Source of the DNA: Malacoraja senta
Lineage: Eukaryota
Reading direction: 5' to 3'
NCBI GenBank assembly: GCA_038087875.1
Contig: CM075988.1
Location: 1,798,001-1,862,000 of the forward strand
Length of the DNA stretch: 64,000 bases
Shown: positions 58,801 through 64,000 of the stretch, one piece after another
Numbering within the stretch: position 1 is the first letter of the stretch
Layout: each line of letters begins with the position of its first letter
Position numbers and translations under genes: made by a program
Notes under the pieces: generated by a model
Seen by the model: only the letters and a program-made list of their open reading frames with translations
Databases searched by the model: none
Told to the model about the DNA's origin: nothing

Positions 58801-61278
58801 GTGGATTATGCGGAGCTGGCCGCTGCCCAACAGGCAGATGCCGGCATGGAGGTTTACACCATTGCTGAATCAGGACTCTAGCTGGTTAAGGTGCCCTGCT
58901 GCGCCACCGGCGTGCGAGTCCTTTGCGATATCTCCATGGGCAAAGCCCGTCCCATTGTCCCGGTTGCTTGGAGGCGTCGGATTTTTGACACTATTCACAG
59001 CCTAGCGCACCTGTCCATTCGCGCCACCTCTGCCTTGGTCACGGCCAAGTTCGTCTGGCATGGGTTGAGGAAGCAGGTCGCAGCATAGGCCCGTTCCTGC
59101 ATCCCATGCCTGACCTCCAAGGTACAGAGACATGTGCGCCCGCCTGTGCAGGATTTCGTTGTCCCAGACGGCAGGTTCCTGCACATCCATGTCGACCTGG
59201 TGGGTCCCTTGCCGTGTTCGAACGGGGCTACTCACCTACTGACTATCGTGGAAAAGTTTACCCGGTGGGCGGAGGCAATACCGTTAACGGACACCCAGAG
59301 TCCAACCGTTTGGTTGCGCGTTTCCACAGGCACCTCAAGTCGGTGTTGAAAGCTCGGCTCACCGGCCCTGATTGGGTTGACCAGTTGCCTTGGGGCCTCC
59401 TAGGTATCCTAAGGAGGACCTCAACGCCTCCTCGGCCGAGTTGGTTTAGGGCTCAGTTTTGAAAGTCCCTGGGGGTTTCCTGCCCGTCCCCCGGGATCAG
59501 GAGATCCCGGCTTCGGCGGTGTTAGTTGACCTTTGCGAGCGGGCGCGTGCTTTGGTCCCGGTTCCCACTTCCCGGCATGGTTCGTCTGCGGTGCATGTAC
59601 CTACTATGTTACAGGATTGTGTTTATGTTTTCCTTCGTAGGGATGCTCACCGCTCGCCGTTACAGCGGGTGTACGAAGGTCCGTACAGGGTGCTGAAGAC
59701 TGGTACCTCAACGTTTACGTTGGACATGGGTGGCAAGGAGGAGTTCGTCTCCGTGAGCCGCTTTAAGCCAGCACACATCGACGAGGATAGCCCGGTGACA
59801 GTGGCCACTCTGTGGCGTAGAGGACGTCCACCGGCCGTTTTGCTACCCTCTGCACCTGTTACCCCCGGTTATGTTTCTCCGGTCCCCTTTGTTACGCCCG
59901 TCCCTCGTTTGCGTTTTTCGCGTCCCTCAGGTTCTGTTTTGCCGGCCCCTACTGTTACGCTCGTCCCGCAACCTCGGACTACGCGTTCCGGTCGAACCGT
60001 TCGGTTACCCGTGCGTTTCCGTACCGCGGATTCTGGGGGGGGGGGGCCATGTAGCGGCACCTGCTGGCGCACGCAGGTATCGAACCCGGCGTTCGGAAGC
60101 CGCGGTCACGTGACTCGGGAGGGGCTGCTTGTTTTCGCGTGGTTTTGCTTTCACGCAGCAGTTCAGCGCTGACCACTGTTGTGGCCAGACGTGTCGAGAG
60201 AACCTGTAAACTGAGAAGTGATTTTCTGAATAAAAGTTGTAAAACTCAGTTGTCGTTTTTGCGACCGCCAAAAGGCAATCATTCTAGTTTTTTCACCTAT
60301 CTTGTTTTCAATGGATTGCATATTAGCCAGTAGTATGCTGGGTAGAAGTATCTTAAATCCACGTTGTTTTATTCTTACTTGCTGTGCTTGCGCTTACCCC
60401 GTTTTCCCACCAGGAGACAGCACTTGGACTCTGTGAGTCCGTTCTCTGGGCTGGGGCATCTTTGGGGGTCAGTGCTGGACGGCCGGGAAGGTGAGAGGCC
60501 GGGGGGGTTGGGGGTGAATCTGTCCATGCTGTGGAGGTGTCAGACGCTACGATGGGTCGGGGTCGGGGTCGGCTCCCCTCCCCGTGGCTGGACTGGTCGT
60601 CAGGAGCGGCCGTGGACCAGGCTTCTGACCTAGCGTCGGGAGAGGTCAGCCCTCAAGTCGGGCTGGCCAAACCGGAGGTGAGTACCCGGCCTCTGGGCTG
60701 GCGTTGTTGCAGGTCGGTCCGGGAGGCGCTCGGCCTCGGGCCTGGCTGGCTCCTGTTGGTCGGTGTCGGCGCTGGCTGTTCCCATAGGCCTGGTCAGACC
60801 CCGCTGCCGGGAAGGTCCGTCGGGAAGTCCGGTGGGTCGGGGCAGTAGGCCGAGGGTCGTCGCTGTCGAGCGGTGGAGGTCTCCGCTGCCTGGAGGTTGT
60901 GGCCTGGTCCCGGTTGGGCCCGGAGGTCGGCTCCGTCGGCCGAGGGGAGAAGAAAGGGATCATTGGTACCTGTATGTTGGGGCCTGTTGACGGTCAGGCC
61001 CAGGGATCGGGTCGAGTAACTCTCGGTAGCTCCGGGGTAGGACGGTGGCATCGGTTGGAGGCTCCTGGATGCCGCAGGTCTCGCCAGTCGTGCTGGGCCT
61101 CACTGCTCCGGGCCACGACGCTCCAGGAGTCGAGCAGGAGATAAAAACCGGCATCTGGACCCCCTACCACAATGTCTACAACAACCTTCCACCTAGTCGA
61201 TGTCCAGCTACGGCAAGCTAACGACAACCGGCGACCCATTAGGACGTCCACCTACGACCACACCTACTAGCGTTGTTA

Positions 61279-63203
61279 AGGGCCTGTCCCACTTTCCCGA
61301 GTTATTCACGAATTCCCCCGAGTTATTCACGAATTCCCCCGAGTTTTCAAACTCGCAGAATGTTCATAACGAGTCTGTAGGAGGCCGTAGGAGTCCGTGG
61401 ATATATCGTAGCGGCTCGTTATGCCAGCCGTAGGTACTCAGTAGCGATGTTACAAAACCTACCTTCAGCGGCGCTGCAGTTCTGCCACTGGCCGTGCGTG
61501 TGACTCTGGCACCTTTGAGGGGGGGGGGGGGGGTGGGATTAAAATCCGGGTTTTGTACTGCTTGTCGGCGGCTGATTTCCTCGGGCTGCTAGCTGCTGAA
61601 AAAAAATCGATCGGACTTCTGTTTCCGTTTTTTTTTTAAAATCGCTAGACAATTTAATAATTGGATGAAAATAAAAAGCGACTTCTAACGTCAACGCCTA
61701 CAACGTGAGGGATCGCAAGAAAGGGACAAAACAAAGGGCAAGTCATTTATTTTACATATAATCTTGCTTCTTGGGATGGCTTTAATCTAATTTTACGTTG
61801 CGAAAATTTTATTTCGGCCCCATATGAACCGGCAGTGTTTTTCCTGCCGATATGGAGTTCAAACTCACTGCAAATGCAACGTTCCAATCGATCGCGTTCC
61901 AGAAACACCCACTCGCAAGATGATTAAAATGCTCTTTTTTTTGGACAATGTCATAAGAGCATCTAAATCGTCTATATTTTATGTTATTGTCTATCCATAG
62001 TCAATATTTTTACACTAAATATACACAACAGTTTTAGCCACATGTATTGTGCAAAAAATAATAATTTTGATTATATTGAGTGGATGTTTCTAGATTCATT
62101 TATGGGAATTAAACATTAAATTCCTTCCATCTGGCATATAAATTCATGACAGTGAGATTTAAAAATCATGTTATATTGTGAATTCTTGTGTGAATGGGAT
62201 TTGTTTGTTATTTGTATACTTAGGCTATTTTTAAAAATTATCCTTTTCTTAAGAAATGGAATCTACAAGACATTCTTAATGGGAAAGTAGTGGGCAGAAA
62301 AGCATGTCATGCGTGGTTTGAAGAGCAAAAACGTGTAGTTTACAATGCCAAAATTGAAAAGTTGAGGAAAAACAAGGTGTACAGAGTTGCTTTTTGGTTA
62401 CAATCTGAGGAGTATGATGATGCTACTGATTATGATATGCCAATGTACCAGCTGCCAACTGATCTTCTCCATAAAGACTTGGTCTATTGCTAGAAATTGT
62501 AATTTATTTACCTATCTGTTATGGACTTACAGCATATAATACAATAATATTAAAGTTCTGATCTTGAGAATATCACATTTTTGAATTTTCAAGGCAGTCT
62601 GGGTGTTTATTACTATTTCCATCACAACGGTCAATTTTGTAATTAACTACAATTGGGTAATTAACTAATTATATGCTTTAATTTCAGGTCATCCAAGTAA
62701 GATGTTTTATATTTGTTTCAGAATGCTTCAATCTATAATAACTGAAAATTTCATTCAGTTCTCTTAATTTTTAAGTAAGATGGGGTTTTGACTGTCCTCG
62801 ATCACAGCTTTTGTGTTAAGTCAATGGAAAAGCAATAGGGAACATTGCCGAGTATGAAAATGGCCATAACTTTTTTAATACTGTAGATATGAAAGTGAAT
62901 TAGGTGTCAAATTAAATTTCTTTTTATGCTTTATCTGATGGGATAAATTGCAGACGATTTTTAAAATCTCTAAATTTTGTAACAATGAAACTTAGGGCTA
63001 TTTTTTTACTCGTGGACATTTTTTATCAGGCTGGAATAAACGTCCCGACTTACCTGATGCCCCGAGTACCTACGGCTGGCATAACGAGCCACTACGATAT
63101 ATCCACGGACTCCTACGGCCTCCTACGGACTCGTTACGAACATTCTGCGAGTTTGAAAACTCGGGAGAATTCGTGAATAACTCTGGAAAGTGGAACAGGC
63201 CCT
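61279..63203. mobile_element. Palindromic Harbinger/PIF-type MITE split by a TAG...CTA element
   Basis: TTA at 61276-61278 and 63204-63206; TIRs AGGGCCTGTCCCACTTTCC / GGAAAGTGGAACAGGCCCT; arms 61279-61441 and ~63060-63203 are reverse complements. Confidence 0.85.
61442..62989 (+). mobile_element. TAG...CTA DNA transposon, longer copy with a coding remnant
   Basis: Starts TAGCGATGTTACAAAACCTACCTTCAGCGGCGCTGC like 34444; right end degenerate; extra internal segment includes ORF 62290-62493. Confidence 0.8.
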
Positions 63204-63361
63204 TTACAATCCCTGCCATCAGTGGCGCTCCAGATCTACCGACTGCTGTGTGTGGGACTCGAGAGGCTGTAGGGGGTGGGGGAAGGGGTGGGGGTGGGGT
63301 GAGTAAACTGCAGGTTTTTCATTGTCGTCAGGGAAGGATTTCTTCGTACAACGCCATCACA

Positions 63362-63434
63362 ATGAATGGTGGTGCTGGCTTGAAGGGCCGAATGGCCTCC
63401 TCCTGCACCTATTTTCTATGTTTCTATGTTTCTA
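63362..63434 (+). mobile_element. CR1 3' terminal fragment
   Basis: GAATGG...GAAGGGCCGAATGGCCTCCTCCTGCACCTATTTT(CTATGTTT)n, same tail as 16222-16300. Confidence 0.85.
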
Positions 63435-63819
63435 ACAAGCTTATGATGTAGAGGAAATCCCGTTCTGTTTTCAACACGTTGCTGGTCTATTGAATCGCTG
63501 AAATTGAAAGTCGGGGCTCAAATTCAAGGCCTTCAAAACACGGATCGCAAGTTCACGCTAAAACAAAAGGTATGTAGGACGTTTAATTAACATCTTATCT
63601 AGTTTTTGGTGTAATTTAATTTACATCTGATGATGCAAAATAAGTTAATTAGGCCCCGATATCGGCAACATGATCATTATCTGTATTGTGTAATTGACTA
63701 TCCGTGATCACTATTTTCATGCTAAATATCTGACTAAAAACTTCCACAGTACATACAGATCGGTTTGTGACCATCGCCATGTTGGCAGCCATGACCGATC
63801 TGTATGTGTAAAACGGCCC

Positions 63820-64000
63820 TTGTCCTGGATCACAGCTTTTGAGTTAAGTCAATACAAAACAATAGGGAACAAGATGCTAATTTCTTAGTATGAAAATGAC
63901 CATAACTTTTTAAATACTGAAGATATGAAAGTGAGGTAGGTAAATATTAAAAAAAAAAATATGCTTTATCTGATGGGATAAATTACAGGTTTGATTTTAA
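63820..64000 (+). mobile_element. Partial right arm of the TAG...CTA family, running off the window
   Basis: TGTCCTGGATCACAGCTTTT...AATAGGGAACAAGATGCTAATTTC matches 35484-35670. Confidence 0.75.

Larger units (their letters stand above)
48990..60272 (+). mobile_element. Gypsy LTR retrotransposon, CsRn1-like, degraded
   Basis: LTRs 48990-49216 and 60050-60272; TSD AGGC; PBS TGGTGACCCCGA (tRNA-Trp-like); poly-G PPT; Gag CYYHQRYG..A..C..PC at ~56985; protease FLVDSG; RT (WASPLHMVPK, YLDD); RNase H (DASD, YSAFDREL); integrase (HVDLVGP, YEGPY). Confidence 0.93.
47690..60430 (-). mobile_element. Degraded Rex1-type LINE, pieces ~47690-48989 and 60277-60430, split by the Gypsy element
   Basis: PSILLAN..SIENK (60277-60345) continues into KEVRDCCVLCFTEIW; YLPREF; AGDFN; 3' RYRSVKTHTSRFRD; RT core deleted. 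Confidence 0.8.

Overview
Vertebrate non-genic DNA made almost entirely of nested transposable elements. I found no host protein-coding gene, tRNA, rRNA or CRISPR array. The repeat mix (abundant CR1 with (CTATGTAT)n-type tails, Rex1/Babar, Penelope-derived short repeats, DIRS) suggests a cartilaginous fish such as a skate or ray; this is inference, not a database result. Most insertions can be delimited from target-site duplications (TSDs) and from host reading frames that rejoin when the insert is removed. 4.1-31.5 kb is one stack up to five levels deep: CR1 > CR1 > Helitron > Gypsy > non-autonomous retroelement, plus CR1 > CR1 > DIRS > (CR1; RNase H-LINE). 32-47 kb holds Tx1, hAT, Harbinger-type and an unclassified 7-bp-TSD DNA element, a 2.2-kb tandem duplication, and an intron-containing hAT transposase hit by an intact Passport-like Tc1. 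47.7-60.4 kb is Rex1 > CsRn1-type Gypsy > CR1 > near-intact L1. Best candidates for something undescribed: (i) two ~1-kb non-coding retroelements that share head, hairpins and layout but end in 3' tails of different LINE clades; (ii) a TAG...CTA DNA transposon family with apparent 7-bp TSDs; (iii) an in-frame DIRS RT/LINE RNase H chimera; (iv) a hammerhead-bearing 95-bp Penelope insert. Family names come from motif recognition only, and boundaries without a TSD are approximate.
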